Shown here: positions 7,128-17,201 of the stretch, one piece after another
Numbering within the stretch: the stretch's first letter is position 1
Layout of the letters: each line of letters opens with the position of its first letter
From: Bdellovibrionales bacterium
GTDB taxonomy: Bacteria; Bdellovibrionota; Bdellovibrionia; Bdellovibrionales; UBA1609
Direction: 5' to 3'
NCBI GenBank assembly: GCA_028819305.1
Contig: JAPPLY010000057.1
Coordinates: 30,432-94,431, forward strand
Length of the DNA stretch: 64,000 nt
Program-made: the position numbers and the translations under genes
The notes under the pieces: model-generated
The model's input: only the letters and a program-made list of their open reading frames with translations
Told to the model about the DNA's origin: nothing
Database searches by the model: none

Positions 7128-8156
7128 ATGAATCGTTTTTTAGCTTTTTTTCTTGTGTCTTTTCTTTTGCACCTAACAGTAGGAGCTTTTCTGCTTTCTC
7201 GCTCTGGTGTGTTAGGGGGAAAAGGGGTAGAAAGCACGGAGTTAACTGACTTAGAAGAAGTTTCTATGGAAGCATCCCCAAGCGGAGAAACGGAAACAGA
7301 GATTTTAGAAAAAAAAGTAAAAAAAATAAAATCTCCCCCCCTTCCTAAACCAAAACCTAAAAAAAAGAGGAAGAAAAAACCGGTTAAAACTCCATCGGCT
7401 TCGTCTCCGCTAAAAAAACAAGCACCCCCGGTGACTAAGCCGCCTATTGTGTCTGAACCCGCTAAGACGAAATCAGATGGAAAAGAGAGGGAAGAGACAG
7501 TTTCCAAGCAAAAGCCGGACCAAGGGGAATCAGAAGAAGTACCTGAAAAAACTTTAGAAAAAAAGAAAGAAACAAAAGAGGAATGGGTGGATGAGAGCGA
7601 AATCGTGCCTCCCCCCACCTCCTCAGCTCCGCCTGAAAAAGCCGAACCAAAAGAAGAAAAAGAAGCTCCTCGTGATGTAAAAAAACAGGAGTCTCAAGGG
7701 GAGTTAAAAGAACCAAAAGCCTCTCCACCGATAGAGGGGGAAGAAAAAAAACCAGATGAAAACCAAAAACCTTCTGTTCCTCCACCGGGGGCGCAGATGG
7801 AAAAAAGCGAGGTTCCTTCTTTAGATGTGGGGGCCGCTCGTATGCACAACCAGTTAAAACAATTGGAAGGTAACCCCCTTCCCGTTTATCCTAAAGAGGC
7901 TTTAAAAAAAAGATGGGAAGGAAGAGCAGAGATATTTTATTATGTCAATCGAGCCGGGTTTGTGGAAAAAATTCAGCTTAAAAACTCCTCCGGGCATTCT
8001 GCTTTAGACAATGCAGCCCTTCGTGCTCTATCTCGTTATCGCTATTACCCGGGTCAAGAAGGCTGGGTCAAACATCCCGTGGAGTTTCTTTTGGATTTAA
8101 GTAAGGAAGTAAAAGAGATCGCTCCCTTAGGAACCTCCACCCCTCCTCCACAATAA
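7128..8156 (+). CDS. TonB-family energy transducer
   Basis: N-terminal TM (FLAFFLVSFLLHLTVGAFLL), a long Pro/Lys/Glu-rich spacer, and a C-terminal TonB_C block PVYPKEALKKRWEGRAEIFYYVNRAGFVEKIQLKNSSGHSALDNAALRALSRYRYYP. Confidence 0.8.
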   Translation: MNRFLAFFLVSFLLHLTVGAFLLSRSGVLGGKGVESTELTDLEEVSMEASPSGETETEILEKKVKKIKSPPLPKPKPKKKRKKKPVKTPSASSPLKKQAPPVTKPPIVSEPAKTKSDGKEREETVSKQKPDQGESEEVPEKTLEKKKETKEEWVDESEIVPPPTSSAPPEKAEPKEEKEAPRDVKKQESQGELKEPKASPPIEGEEKKPDENQKPSVPPPGAQMEKSEVPSLDVGAARMHNQLKQLEGNPLPVYPKEALKKRWEGRAEIFYYVNRAGFVEKIQLKNSSGHSALDNAALRALSRYRYYPGQEGWVKHPVEFLLDLSKEVKEIAPLGTSTPPPQ

Positions 8157-8245
8157 AGCCAAAGGCTTTTAATTGGTAAACTTATGTAGAATTTCTGTTT
8201 CCCCTGTCTTTCTTTTAAAGCCAAAGGTTTTTGTTGTTGTGAAAT
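8151..8245 (+). repeat. Two family J copies spanning the tonB-like stop codon
   Basis: caataaagccaaaggcttttaattggtaaactt 8151-8183 (contains stop TAA 8154-8156) and ttaaagccaaaggtttttgttgttgtgaaat 8215-8245. A further aaagccaaaaatctaatt lies at 9097-9114. Confidence 0.6.
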
Positions 8246-8271
8246 ACAAAAAAAAATGTTCTTTAAAAGAT

Positions 8272-9075
8272 ATGGTTTGGGCTAATACATCAAGGTTTTT
8301 TGTTCTTTTCATAAGTAGTTTTGTTTCTTTTTTTTCTTTGGCTTTAGACCCTCAAGGTCCCTTAGCGCTCTCTATGAGTGGTTCCGGAAGAGCGGCTACT
8401 GGTTCCGGGGCGGAATACCATCTGATCAATCCAGCGGGAATAGCTCATTCTTCCGGGTTTTCTTCCGGGGCTTATTATATGTTTGAGGTGGCCAAAAAAC
8501 GAAAACCGATTTGGGGTGTGTCTCTTTCAGAAACACGGCAGTTTCCTTTGGCTTTAAGCTATATAAAAAAAAGGCATTCAGAAGAGCAATATATGAGTGT
8601 GAGTACAGCAGGTTTTGTTGTCCCTGGTTGGAGTTTGGGTTTAAGCCTTAGTCGCTGGGAGCAAAATAAAAAAGCTAATTGGAATATGCAAGCGGGTATT
8701 TTGGTAAAACCACCTCAATCTTCTTTTGCTGTGGGAGCGACATGGGATCATATTTTACCTCTGGAGGGAGCCTTTGAAAAAAAGAGAAAATGGGGACTAG
8801 GCTTGGATTATAATTTTTATAAAGGGTTTTTCTTAAGAGCGGACGCTTTTTATAATCAAAATACCAGGTGGTTGGTCGCCGGAGGAATAAAAGCTATCTT
8901 TAGTGATTTTTTGGTGTTGCGTTTCTCTGCTCTTTGGCACTTGCAACAAAAGGTCTTTCTCTTTTCAGGAGGGATGGGCCTGGAAACCGGGCAGATTTCT
9001 TTAGATTATGGTTTTAGCCGGTGGGAGAGGGAACAGGCCTGGCTGCACACCATCAATGTACGTTTTTCATTCTAA
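8272..9075 (+). CDS. Putative outer-membrane beta-barrel protein (unknown function)
   Basis: ATG at 8272 gives the signal peptide MVWANTSRFFVLFISSFVSFFSLA. Alternating hydrophobic segments and a C-terminal ...INVRFSF (terminal Phe) are typical of OMPs. The ORF-track start at 8173 lies inside a repeat. Confidence 0.45.
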   Translation: MVWANTSRFFVLFISSFVSFFSLALDPQGPLALSMSGSGRAATGSGAEYHLINPAGIAHSSGFSSGAYYMFEVAKKRKPIWGVSLSETRQFPLALSYIKKRHSEEQYMSVSTAGFVVPGWSLGLSLSRWEQNKKANWNMQAGILVKPPQSSFAVGATWDHILPLEGAFEKKRKWGLGLDYNFYKGFFLRADAFYNQNTRWLVAGGIKAIFSDFLVLRFSALWHLQQKVFLFSGGMGLETGQISLDYGFSRWEREQAWLHTINVRFSF

Positions 9076-9095
9076 GGTCAAAGACCTTTTTTTTC
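9074..9095. terminator. Possible bidirectional intrinsic terminator between convergent genes
   Basis: AAGGTC-aaa-GACCTT hairpin (9074-9088) followed by a T-run. The loop is short, so this is only moderately convincing. Confidence 0.35.
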
Positions 9096-9108
9096 TAAAG
9101 CCAAAAAT

Positions 9109-10353
9109 CTAATTTTTTCTCACACAGATAGATAAAAAATGGGGGCAATATTGACCTCCATTGGCACTGCATTCGGCACCGCTATTGGCTAAGCGATAGG
9201 CAGGGTTATCTTGACTAGTCATGGTGTAACAAAAGTTGCTGGGGCTTTTAAGAGAGATACATTTTTTACTGGTATTGATATTCCATTGGGATCCTAAGAC
9301 CTGGCGAGCGACTGTAACTGCCGTGCCGGTAGATGAGGCACTAGGGCATAACTCTTCCGGTGGGGCGATTCTTTCTTTGGGATCTTTTGCGTTTAAAGCG
9401 GCTTCCAAGGTGGGATATTTTTGCCTATAGTTACCAGGGAGACTGTCATAGTGTCTTTTGGGCTGAAAGGCGTTTTCGGAATGTCGTCTAATTTCGAAGC
9501 GGAGAGATTTAGGGCAGGTCCATGTTTTTTGGGGAGGAGCCTCCGGTCGTTTTTCTTCAGAGATAGAACTTAGAGCGTATCGGGAGAGTAGCCGGGCACT
9601 GGTAATTTCATCTAGTTCTAAAGTGTAAATGCGTCCATAAATATCTACCCCTATATCTCCTCCTGTTTTATGAAGAGTTTTATTACCTTTTCCCCCTTTG
9701 TAGGTTAAAGCCAGTTTCCACCCTCCACTGTTAAGTCCTACTACAATACTAGACACAATATTGGAGGCATAAGAAATTTGAGCTTCAATAGGGCCATCTC
9801 CTGGTCTGATACGAGTCGTGCCCGTCGCTACTAAATCCCCGATCAGACGATAGAGCCGTAAAGGAATTTGAATAGAACTATTAGTTGTTGTAAGGTTGTT
9901 TCTATGAGCATAGGATAACCAAGGGAGGGCTTGATATTTTGTGGAGCTTTTAATGAGAGCTTCTAAAGCACTGGCACTCATAGAGCTTTTTTTTTGTAAA
10001 AAATACTCGCTTAAACGAAGTCCACTTCGGGCAAAGTAAGCTCCCGCTTTAAAAGTAAAAAAAGTGGGGTTTTCGCAGCTCATATAAGCCATCGTGTCCA
10101 GCTGTAAATCATAAGGAAAATAATTAAACTCTTCTGGGTCATCAGGTTCCGCGGGTTTCTCTGTAACCGCTTTTTCGTTAAGAAACTCTTCTGCTTCTTC
10201 TTTTGTGGCCGGAGGAGGGCTTGCTACCTCCAGATCCGATGTGAGAGAGCTTAAAATTTCCGCCCTCCTGGAAGCGGCTCCAGAACAGGCATTGAAGAGA
10301 CCTATATTTAGTGTTAGAACCATGAGAAGCAGAAAAAAGGGAAAATAATTCAT
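9109..10353 (-). CDS. Secreted protein or possible lipoprotein, Cys-rich C-terminus, unknown function
   Basis: 414 aa. Signal peptide MNYFPFFLLLMVLTLNIGLFNAC|SGAAS with a possible lipobox. No recognisable catalytic motif. Confidence 0.5.
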   Translation of the reverse strand: MNYFPFFLLLMVLTLNIGLFNACSGAASRRAEILSSLTSDLEVASPPPATKEEAEEFLNEKAVTEKPAEPDDPEEFNYFPYDLQLDTMAYMSCENPTFFTFKAGAYFARSGLRLSEYFLQKKSSMSASALEALIKSSTKYQALPWLSYAHRNNLTTTNSSIQIPLRLYRLIGDLVATGTTRIRPGDGPIEAQISYASNIVSSIVVGLNSGGWKLALTYKGGKGNKTLHKTGGDIGVDIYGRIYTLELDEITSARLLSRYALSSISEEKRPEAPPQKTWTCPKSLRFEIRRHSENAFQPKRHYDSLPGNYRQKYPTLEAALNAKDPKERIAPPEELCPSASSTGTAVTVARQVLGSQWNINTSKKCISLKSPSNFCYTMTSQDNPAYRLANSGAECSANGGQYCPHFLSICVRKN

Positions 10354-10383
10354 ATTTATTTAATCGGAGATTTATTTAAAAAC

Positions 10384-11244
10384 ATGAAAAAAAAATGGCT
10401 ATATTCTTTTTTTTTCCTTAGTTCTTTATCATTAGAGATGTTTTCTTTTTTCCCTTTAGGGGAAGCTTATATTCCCTCTTATTCCATGATCCTTTCCCAT
10501 TTGGCTGACGCTCAGGGTAAAGGAGGCTATCTTATTGAACAGGAAGTGGTTTTTAAAGAAGGGGCAGAACCTCTTTTTTTAAAAGAGATATGGTGGATCG
10601 CTAGCTCCCAGGAGATGCGTTTGGATGTGGTGAGTGCAAAAAAAACTCTAAAGAAAAAAGATATACAGGCTGGTGGTTCTTCTAAGCTTTATTTACGTTT
10701 TCTTTACAAAGGAGGTAAAAAAATCTTCCGAGACGAAAACAGTCGCCTGCAAAGGCACCCTCTTTCTCCTTATCATTTAGAAAAACCATTTCATTTAAGA
10801 AGTGAAGAAAAATTAAGAAAACTTTTTTCCCTTTGGAGAGTAGCTCCTTATGAAGCGCCGGAAAGAAAAGAAGGTCAAGGTTCAGATTCTTTCACGCGGC
10901 TGAGTCGAAAAGGAGGTGTAATACAGTATCAAATAGGAAAAGGCTTGTCTCATGTATGGGTGGAGCAGGATGAATTTGTGATTCGTTCCTGGAAATGGGC
11001 TTCTGGAGAAAGTTTAAGTGCCGGGGCTTATGTGCTTTATCCAGGCTCCTTGTTTTATCCCTCTTTTAAAGTTTTTCGTCAAAATGCAATGGAAGTGGGT
11101 ATGCAAACACAAAAAGTAAAAAGGTGGAAGGGGAATAAAAAACAGATGCGCATCAAAATTCTTTCTAAAAAAAATACCTTACCAGACCATCTTTCTTCCG
11201 TAGAGCAGGATAGAATTCGTGAGTTTTACGCAAAGTTTCGGTAA
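10384..11244 (+). CDS. Secreted hypothetical protein
   Basis: 286 aa. N-terminal signal-like MKKKWLYSFFFLSSLSLEMFSFF. Divergently arranged with 9109..10353. No family recognised. Confidence 0.4.
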   Translation: MKKKWLYSFFFLSSLSLEMFSFFPLGEAYIPSYSMILSHLADAQGKGGYLIEQEVVFKEGAEPLFLKEIWWIASSQEMRLDVVSAKKTLKKKDIQAGGSSKLYLRFLYKGGKKIFRDENSRLQRHPLSPYHLEKPFHLRSEEKLRKLFSLWRVAPYEAPERKEGQGSDSFTRLSRKGGVIQYQIGKGLSHVWVEQDEFVIRSWKWASGESLSAGAYVLYPGSLFYPSFKVFRQNAMEVGMQTQKVKRWKGNKKQMRIKILSKKNTLPDHLSSVEQDRIREFYAKFR

Positions 11245-13282
11245 ATATGTAAAAAAAGAGGACCTCAAAAAAATCTATTATTATGAGGTGGCCTTGCCTT
11301 TATCCTTAGGGAAAAACTTAATTTACTTCTCTTATGATCTTTTTCAAATAGGAGACTCTGTGTGGGTCCCGCTTAAAAACAGTAAGAAGTCTGGGGTGAT
11401 TTTAAAAAGAGAACTCTCTACAAGGAGAAGAGGTTTTAATGTGAAACCCATTTTATCGTCGGATCCCGAGCGCGAACAACTTTCTATAGCCCGAATGCGG
11501 TGGCTTTCCTGGTTGGCAGAATATTATCAGTATGACTTAGGCTTGGTAGTGCATTTAAGCTTTCCTCCCTCTGTTGGTTTTTCTAAAAAAAGCATCTCTA
11601 AAACTTCTTCCTTAAAATCAGGGCAAAATAGCTCTTTCCCTAAATCCTCTCAACAGGCTCTTAAACCCTCTCTTACGGAAGAACAAAAAAAATGCTTAAG
11701 CGAAATGCAGCTCTCCCAGGGAAGCAAAAGATCAGGTTTTCGTGTGCATCTTTTACATGGTGTTACCGGTTCCGGTAAAACAGAAATTTATTTTCGTTTA
11801 GTAGAACCCGCTCTTCAAAAAAACGAAAGTGTTTTAATTTTGGTGCCGGAGATTGCTCTTACTCCTCAGCATATAGAGAGATTTTCTCTACGTTTTCCGG
11901 GGCAGGTGGCCTGTTTTCATTCCGGTTTAAGTCCAAAGGAAAAATACCAACAGTGGATGTCTGTTTTAAAGGGAGATAAGAAAATTCTCATTGGCCCCCG
12001 CTCGGCCTTGTTTTGTCCTCTCCCGCGACTGGCTTGGATTATTGTGGATGAGGAGCATGAATCTCATTTTAAGCAAGAGGAGAAGTTAAAATATCATGGT
12101 CGAGATGCCGCTATTTACCTTGGAAAATGTTTAAATGTACCGGTGGTTTTGGCTTCGGCCACACCCAGTATGGAAAGTTGGTGGAATGCCCGGTCGGGGA
12201 AATATATTTATCACTGTTTAAAAAAAAGAGTTTTTAAAACACAGGTTCCTAAAATAGAAGTGGTGGATATGAAAAAAGAGCACAAAGGAAGGGAGCTTCC
12301 CTATTGGTTAAGTACTCCCCTTCATAAAGCTCTAAAGGAGTCTTTAAAAAGAGAAGAACAAGCGGCTTTATTTTTAAATCGGAGAGGAGAGAATAGTATT
12401 TTTTGTCCAGCTTGTGTCTATCACTTTTCCTGCGCTAATTGTGATATATCTCTTACTCAACATCAGTCTTCTCACTTACTTTGTCATTACTGCGGCTTTA
12501 GGGAGGAAAAACCAAAAAATTGTCCAGGATGCGGAGGAACGGAACTTTTTTCTTTTGGTATAGGTACCGCACGCTTGCAAAAAGAACTGGAAACACTCTT
12601 TCCCTTAGCTCGTATCGTACGAGCCGATCGGGATGCGGTCCGAAATCACAAAGAGTGGGCCGATATCTTGAATAAAATTGAGAAAAGAGAAGTGGATATG
12701 GTTATTGGCACTCAGATGATAGCTAAGGGACTGGATTTTCCGTACTTAAGTTTAGTGGGCGTGATTTTAGCTGACCAGGGTTTAAGCCGCCCGGACTTTC
12801 GATCAGCAGAAAAAAGTTTTCAACTTATTACTCAAATGGCGGGAAGGGCGGGGAGAAGACAAAGACCAGGGAGGGTTATTTTACAAAGCTATCAACCCTT
12901 TCATCCGGTGATAAGTTTTTTAAAAGAGGGAAATTATGAAAAATTTACCGAGCAGGAACTCTATCAGAGGAAAAAATATCAGTACCCTCCTTTTGGAAAG
13001 CTATCTTTAGTACGAATACAGTCTATTTCCGCCTCTTTTGCTTTTAATGCAGGATTAAAAATTTGTGCCAAATTAAGACATATAAAAAATATAGCCCTGT
13101 TAGGGCCAGCACCGGCTCCTTATTTTAGATTAAGAAATAAATACCGTTATCATTTGTTACTAAAAAGTGAAAAGGCGGGGCCGTTAAAGGAAGCGGAAGA
13201 TCTTATATTGAGCTTGACGAAAAAGGAAAAAACATCTCCTGTGCGAGTAGATATCAATAGGGATCCCGTTTATATGTTTTAA
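11219..13282 (+). CDS. priA: Primosomal protein N' (replication restart helicase PriA)
   Basis: Walker A GVTGSGKTEIY, DEEHE box, Cys-cluster zinc fingers CPACVYHFSCANCDISLTQHQSSHLLCHYCGFREEKPKNCPGCGG, and helicase motif VI QMAGRAGR. Confidence 0.9.
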   Translation: MSFTQSFGKYVKKEDLKKIYYYEVALPLSLGKNLIYFSYDLFQIGDSVWVPLKNSKKSGVILKRELSTRRRGFNVKPILSSDPEREQLSIARMRWLSWLAEYYQYDLGLVVHLSFPPSVGFSKKSISKTSSLKSGQNSSFPKSSQQALKPSLTEEQKKCLSEMQLSQGSKRSGFRVHLLHGVTGSGKTEIYFRLVEPALQKNESVLILVPEIALTPQHIERFSLRFPGQVACFHSGLSPKEKYQQWMSVLKGDKKILIGPRSALFCPLPRLAWIIVDEEHESHFKQEEKLKYHGRDAAIYLGKCLNVPVVLASATPSMESWWNARSGKYIYHCLKKRVFKTQVPKIEVVDMKKEHKGRELPYWLSTPLHKALKESLKREEQAALFLNRRGENSIFCPACVYHFSCANCDISLTQHQSSHLLCHYCGFREEKPKNCPGCGGTELFSFGIGTARLQKELETLFPLARIVRADRDAVRNHKEWADILNKIEKREVDMVIGTQMIAKGLDFPYLSLVGVILADQGLSRPDFRSAEKSFQLITQMAGRAGRRQRPGRVILQSYQPFHPVISFLKEGNYEKFTEQELYQRKKYQYPPFGKLSLVRIQSISASFAFNAGLKICAKLRHIKNIALLGPAPAPYFRLRNKYRYHLLLKSEKAGPLKEAEDLILSLTKKEKTSPVRVDINRDPVYMF

Positions 13283-13508
13283 TAAAAAGTTATTGCTTTT
13301 ATTATAAAAAATATGATAGCCCTCAAAGTTACACCGACCTTGTTTGACAGTTCCTAATTTAAAAGCTTGGCTATTAAGAGGATGGAGAGCCACTAAAGTG
13401 GCTTTCCATTTAAAGGTTATGGAAAAGCTTGTCCTTTTGGAAATGAGGATAACACAGGATATATGGGTATTTCTGTGATTTTAGGACAAAAAAGGAGAGA
13501 TTACATAT

Positions 13509-14465
13509 ATGTCAACGGATTTGAATATTAAAAATATGTTGTTAGCCGGTGTGCATTTCGGTCATCAGATTCAAAGATGGAATCCAAAAATGAAACCCTA
13601 TGTTTATACTTCACGGGGAGGTATTCATATTATCAACTTGCAAAAGACATTGGATTGCGCAAAAAAAGCTTTGAATTTTGTAGAAAGTATAACGGCTAAA
13701 GGGGGACATTTTATTTTTGTGGGGACGAAGAAGCAAGCGGTTCCTTTGATTCGTCCCGCGGCGATCCAAGCTGGACAGTTCTATGTCAGTAAAAGATGGC
13801 TCGGGGGAACCTTAACTAATTTTGAGACAATTAAAGTGAGTATTGATCGTATGAAGAGAATTGATCAGATGAGGGAAAGAGGAGACCTAGATCCTTTTTC
13901 CAAAAAGGAAAGAGCCCGGATTGAGAAAGAATACACACGTTTGAATGACTATTTAGAGGGAATTCGTGATATGAAAAAACCTCCTGAGGCTTTGTTTGTC
14001 GTGGATATTAATAGAGAAAATATTGCCGTTGCGGAGGCCGCTCGTTTAGGGATTCCCGTGGTGGCTTTGGTGGATACAAATAGTGATCCTTCTCTTATTA
14101 GTTATCCTGTTCCTGCTAACGATGATGCCACTCGATCTATTGAATTTTTTATTAATTTAATAAGCCAGGCCTGTCTGAAAGGTCAAAAAAAATGGACCGC
14201 CTTTTTAAGAGAACATCCCCATCCGGAAAAAGCAAAAGAGGGTATTTCTACCTCCCCGGTTCGTTCCCATAAAGGAAAGGAAGACAAAGAAGCAAAAAGT
14301 GGTCCCACTGTAGTAAAAGTGTTTAAGACAAGAGAAAGAAAGCTCGTTGCCGCAGGGACCGCCGACGATGTGGAAATATCTATGGAGTTGGAAGAAAAAA
14401 AAGAAGATAAACAGCCGCAAAAAGAACCAGACTCTGTGGATGGAGAAAAGGATAAGAAACGATGA
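13509..14465 (+). CDS. rpsB: 30S ribosomal protein S2 with a ~70-aa Lys/Glu-rich C-terminal tail
   Basis: MLLAGVHFGHQIQRWNPKMKPYVY...GIHIINLQKT and FVGTKKQA are canonical S2 blocks. Confidence 0.95.
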   Translation: MSTDLNIKNMLLAGVHFGHQIQRWNPKMKPYVYTSRGGIHIINLQKTLDCAKKALNFVESITAKGGHFIFVGTKKQAVPLIRPAAIQAGQFYVSKRWLGGTLTNFETIKVSIDRMKRIDQMRERGDLDPFSKKERARIEKEYTRLNDYLEGIRDMKKPPEALFVVDINRENIAVAEAARLGIPVVALVDTNSDPSLISYPVPANDDATRSIEFFINLISQACLKGQKKWTAFLREHPHPEKAKEGISTSPVRSHKGKEDKEAKSGPTVVKVFKTRERKLVAAGTADDVEISMELEEKKEDKQPQKEPDSVDGEKDKKR

Positions 14466-15091
14466 GTGTGGAAGAAATAAAACATCTGAGGGCTAAGACC
14501 GGAGCGGGTGTTTTGGATTGTAAGAAAGCATGGGAGGAGTCTGGTAAGGACTTTAATAGAGCTTTGGACTGGCTTAAGAAAAAAGGCTTAGCACGAGCAG
14601 AAAAAAAATCTTTGAGACAGGCTAAAGAAGGGAAAATATCGGCTTATCTGCATGGGGAGGGACGTATTGGAGTTTTGGTGGAAGTAAATGTGGAAACCGA
14701 TTTTGCCGCACGAGGGGAGGTTTTTAAGGAGTTTACACACCAATTATGCCTGCATATTGCCGCTATGGACCCTTTGTTCATTCAACGGGAAGAAGTTCCT
14801 AAAGAAAGGGTGGAAAGAGAAGAAGCTATATTTCGGGCGCAGGTAAAAAAAGCAGGTAAAAAAGATTCGGTGCTAGATAAAATAATCCAGGGAAAAATGA
14901 ATAAATGGTTCTCAGAGGTATGTTTATTAGAACAGATATTCTTAATGAGCGCGCAAAGTAAGGAAGCAAAAACAGTAGAAGCGGCCCTAAAAGATGTGAT
15001 CGCCCAGTTAGGGGAAAATGTGCGCATTCGCCGGTTTGTTCGTTTTGAATTAGGTGAGGAATCTCTCCCCTCTTCTGAGGGATCCCCTTGA
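14462..15091 (+). CDS. tsf: Elongation factor Ts (short form)
   Basis: [37 protein letters not shown] (UBA-like N-domain). ATGA overlap with rpsB. Confidence 0.9.
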   Translation: MSVEEIKHLRAKTGAGVLDCKKAWEESGKDFNRALDWLKKKGLARAEKKSLRQAKEGKISAYLHGEGRIGVLVEVNVETDFAARGEVFKEFTHQLCLHIAAMDPLFIQREEVPKERVEREEAIFRAQVKKAGKKDSVLDKIIQGKMNKWFSEVCLLEQIFLMSAQSKEAKTVEAALKDVIAQLGENVRIRRFVRFELGEESLPSSEGSP

Positions 15092-15801
15092 ATCAACTTA
15101 AATATAAGAGGATTTTAATTAAGGTGAGTGGAGAAATTCTCAGTGGAAAAGGAGGCTTTGGTATTCACTCTCCCACCGTATCTGGTCTGGCGGAAGAATT
15201 GGTGGAAGTGCATCGTCTGAAGGTGCAGCTGGCTTTAGTGGTAGGAGGAGGTAATATTTTTCGCGGGACCTCGGAAGAGGCAGAAGGAATGGATAGAGCC
15301 AGTTCGGATTATATGGGTATGCTGGCGACTTGTATTAATGCCTTAGCTCTTCAGGATGCTGTTGAAAAAAAGGGAGTGGAAACCCGGGTGCAAACCGCTT
15401 TACCTATTTCTGAAGTGGCGGAACCTTATATTCGTCGAAAAGCCCTTCGTCATTTAAGTAAACATAGAATTGTTATTTTTGCGGCAGGCACAGGCAATCC
15501 TTACTTTACAACAGATACAGCGGCGGCTTTGCGAGCTATGGAAATGGATATGGATATTTTGTTAAAAGCCACTAAAGTGGATGGCGTTTATGAAGAAGAT
15601 CCAGAAAAAAATAAAAATTCAAAAAAATATGATAAATTAAAATATATTGATATTTTAAATAAAGGTATTAAAATTATGGACTCTACAGCCGTGAGCCTGT
15701 GTATGGATAATCAAATGCCCTTAATTGCTTTTAACTTAAGAAAAAAAGGGAGTATTGTTCGTATTGTTAAAGGAGAAAAGCTAGGCACTATTATATATTG
15801 A
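15088..15801 (+). CDS. pyrH: UMP kinase
   Basis: [40 protein letters not shown]. Confidence 0.95.
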   Translation: MNQLKYKRILIKVSGEILSGKGGFGIHSPTVSGLAEELVEVHRLKVQLALVVGGGNIFRGTSEEAEGMDRASSDYMGMLATCINALALQDAVEKKGVETRVQTALPISEVAEPYIRRKALRHLSKHRIVIFAAGTGNPYFTTDTAAALRAMEMDMDILLKATKVDGVYEEDPEKNKNSKKYDKLKYIDILNKGIKIMDSTAVSLCMDNQMPLIAFNLRKKGSIVRIVKGEKLGTIIY

Positions 15802-15877
15802 GGAAGCTGTGAGGGGCTGAGGGGCTGAACTAGGGGGCTTTCCTTCTCTTTTAGAAAGATTAGGGGTGTAAAATAAA

Positions 15878-16438
15878 GTGGAAATAGAGGAAATAAAATC
15901 ACAGACGCAGGAGAGAATGCAGAAGGCTTTTTGGCATATCCAGGAAAAGGTAAAAAAAGTACGTACCGGTTCTGCACATAGCTCTTTGTTAGAAGGAATA
16001 AAGGTTCACACTTATGGAAGTGAACAAGAGTTAAAACATATAGCTTCTATTTCTTGTCCTTCCACGCGATCCCTGGTTATTTCTCCTTGGGATCAAAACA
16101 CTTTAAAGGATATTGAATCGGCTTTAATTAAAAGTGACTTGGGCATGGCTCCGCAAAGAGATGGTAAAGTGATCCGCCTTCGCCTTCCCGAATTGACAGA
16201 GGAAAGAAGGCAGGAATTAATTCGAGCTTTTAAAAAAGATGTGGAAAAAGCCCGAGTGGAATTTCGTCAAATTCGGAAGATGATGAACGAGCAGGTAAGA
16301 AAAGCTCTCAAGGAAAAAACAATGAGTGAAGATGTAGCAAAAGAGGCGGAAGCGGATATTCAAAAAATGACAGATCAATTTATTGAAAAAGTGAATGAAA
16401 TGTCAGAAAAAAAACAAAAAGAACTTTTACAGGTATAA
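15878..16438 (+). CDS. frr: Ribosome recycling factor
   Basis: VRTGSAHSSLLEGIKV...ISPWD...IRLRLPELTEERRQEL is the RRF pattern. Confidence 0.9.
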   Translation: MEIEEIKSQTQERMQKAFWHIQEKVKKVRTGSAHSSLLEGIKVHTYGSEQELKHIASISCPSTRSLVISPWDQNTLKDIESALIKSDLGMAPQRDGKVIRLRLPELTEERRQELIRAFKKDVEKARVEFRQIRKMMNEQVRKALKEKTMSEDVAKEAEADIQKMTDQFIEKVNEMSEKKQKELLQV

Positions 16439-16446
16439 ATAAGAAA

Positions 16447-17196
16447 GTGGTTTATGTGAAAAAAAAAGAGGCTAGACCAGCCCCTTTGCCACTTCAGCAT
16501 CTCGCTGTTATTATGGACGGTAACGGACGGTGGGCTGAAAAAAAAGGCTGGCCTCGTTATTTCGGTCATTTTCGCGGAGTAAAATCTTTGCGGCAAATGG
16601 TTAAGAGTTGTTCCAGGTGGGGTATTCCTTATCTTACTGTCTTTGCTTTTAGTACAGAAAATTGGAAGAGATCTTCTATAGAAGTATCTGTTATAATGAA
16701 ACTGATGAGTCGTTCTCTAACACGTTATCAGCAGGAGTTGGACAGAAATCAAATTCGTTTACATGTTTTAGGAAATTTAGAGGAGCTAGCCCCTTCTGTT
16801 CGTAATATTTTTAATGAAATGGTAGAAAGAACAAAAAACAATACCGGTCTTAAACTTATTGTAGCTGTGAATTATGGAGGTCGGCAAGAAATTATTCAAG
16901 CGGTCCGGGCTATCTCCCGCGCGGTTAAAGAGGGACAGATGGAAATAGATAACATAACCGAGGATCATTTTTATTCTTATATGAGTTCATCTGTGTTTCC
17001 CCCTCCAGACTTGATTATTAGAACAGGGGCGGTGAGCCGTTTATCTAACTTTTATTTGTGGACAGCGGCTTATTCTGAGATCTATGTTAGTGATGTTCTT
17101 TGGCCAGATTTTAATGAAGCTGAGCTAAAAAAAGCTTTGCATTTTTATACCCAAACTTCGCGTCGGTTTGGGGCAGCCTCTCTCGAAAGAAAGTAA
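16447..17196 (+). CDS. uppS: Undecaprenyl diphosphate synthase
   Basis: HLAVIMDGNGRWA, LTVFAFSTENWKR, IRTGAVSRLSNFYLWTAAYSE. Confidence 0.95.
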   Translation: MVYVKKKEARPAPLPLQHLAVIMDGNGRWAEKKGWPRYFGHFRGVKSLRQMVKSCSRWGIPYLTVFAFSTENWKRSSIEVSVIMKLMSRSLTRYQQELDRNQIRLHVLGNLEELAPSVRNIFNEMVERTKNNTGLKLIVAVNYGGRQEIIQAVRAISRAVKEGQMEIDNITEDHFYSYMSSSVFPPPDLIIRTGAVSRLSNFYLWTAAYSEIYVSDVLWPDFNEAELKKALHFYTQTSRRFGAASLERK

Positions 17197-17201
17197 AAAA
17201 G

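Noticed and set aside
7109-7785. Antisense ORFs 7109..7618 and 7462..7785 inside the tonB-like gene
   Set aside because: They are shadow ORFs generated by the low-complexity Pro/Lys/Glu-rich (AAG/GAA/CCN) region. The sense strand has a clear TonB C-terminal domain.
14183-14485. Antisense ORFs in the rpsB tail and tsf (14183..14485, 14205..14420, 14782..15096)
   Set aside because: They are shadow frames of highly expressed, well-recognised genes. They have no RBS and no family resemblance.
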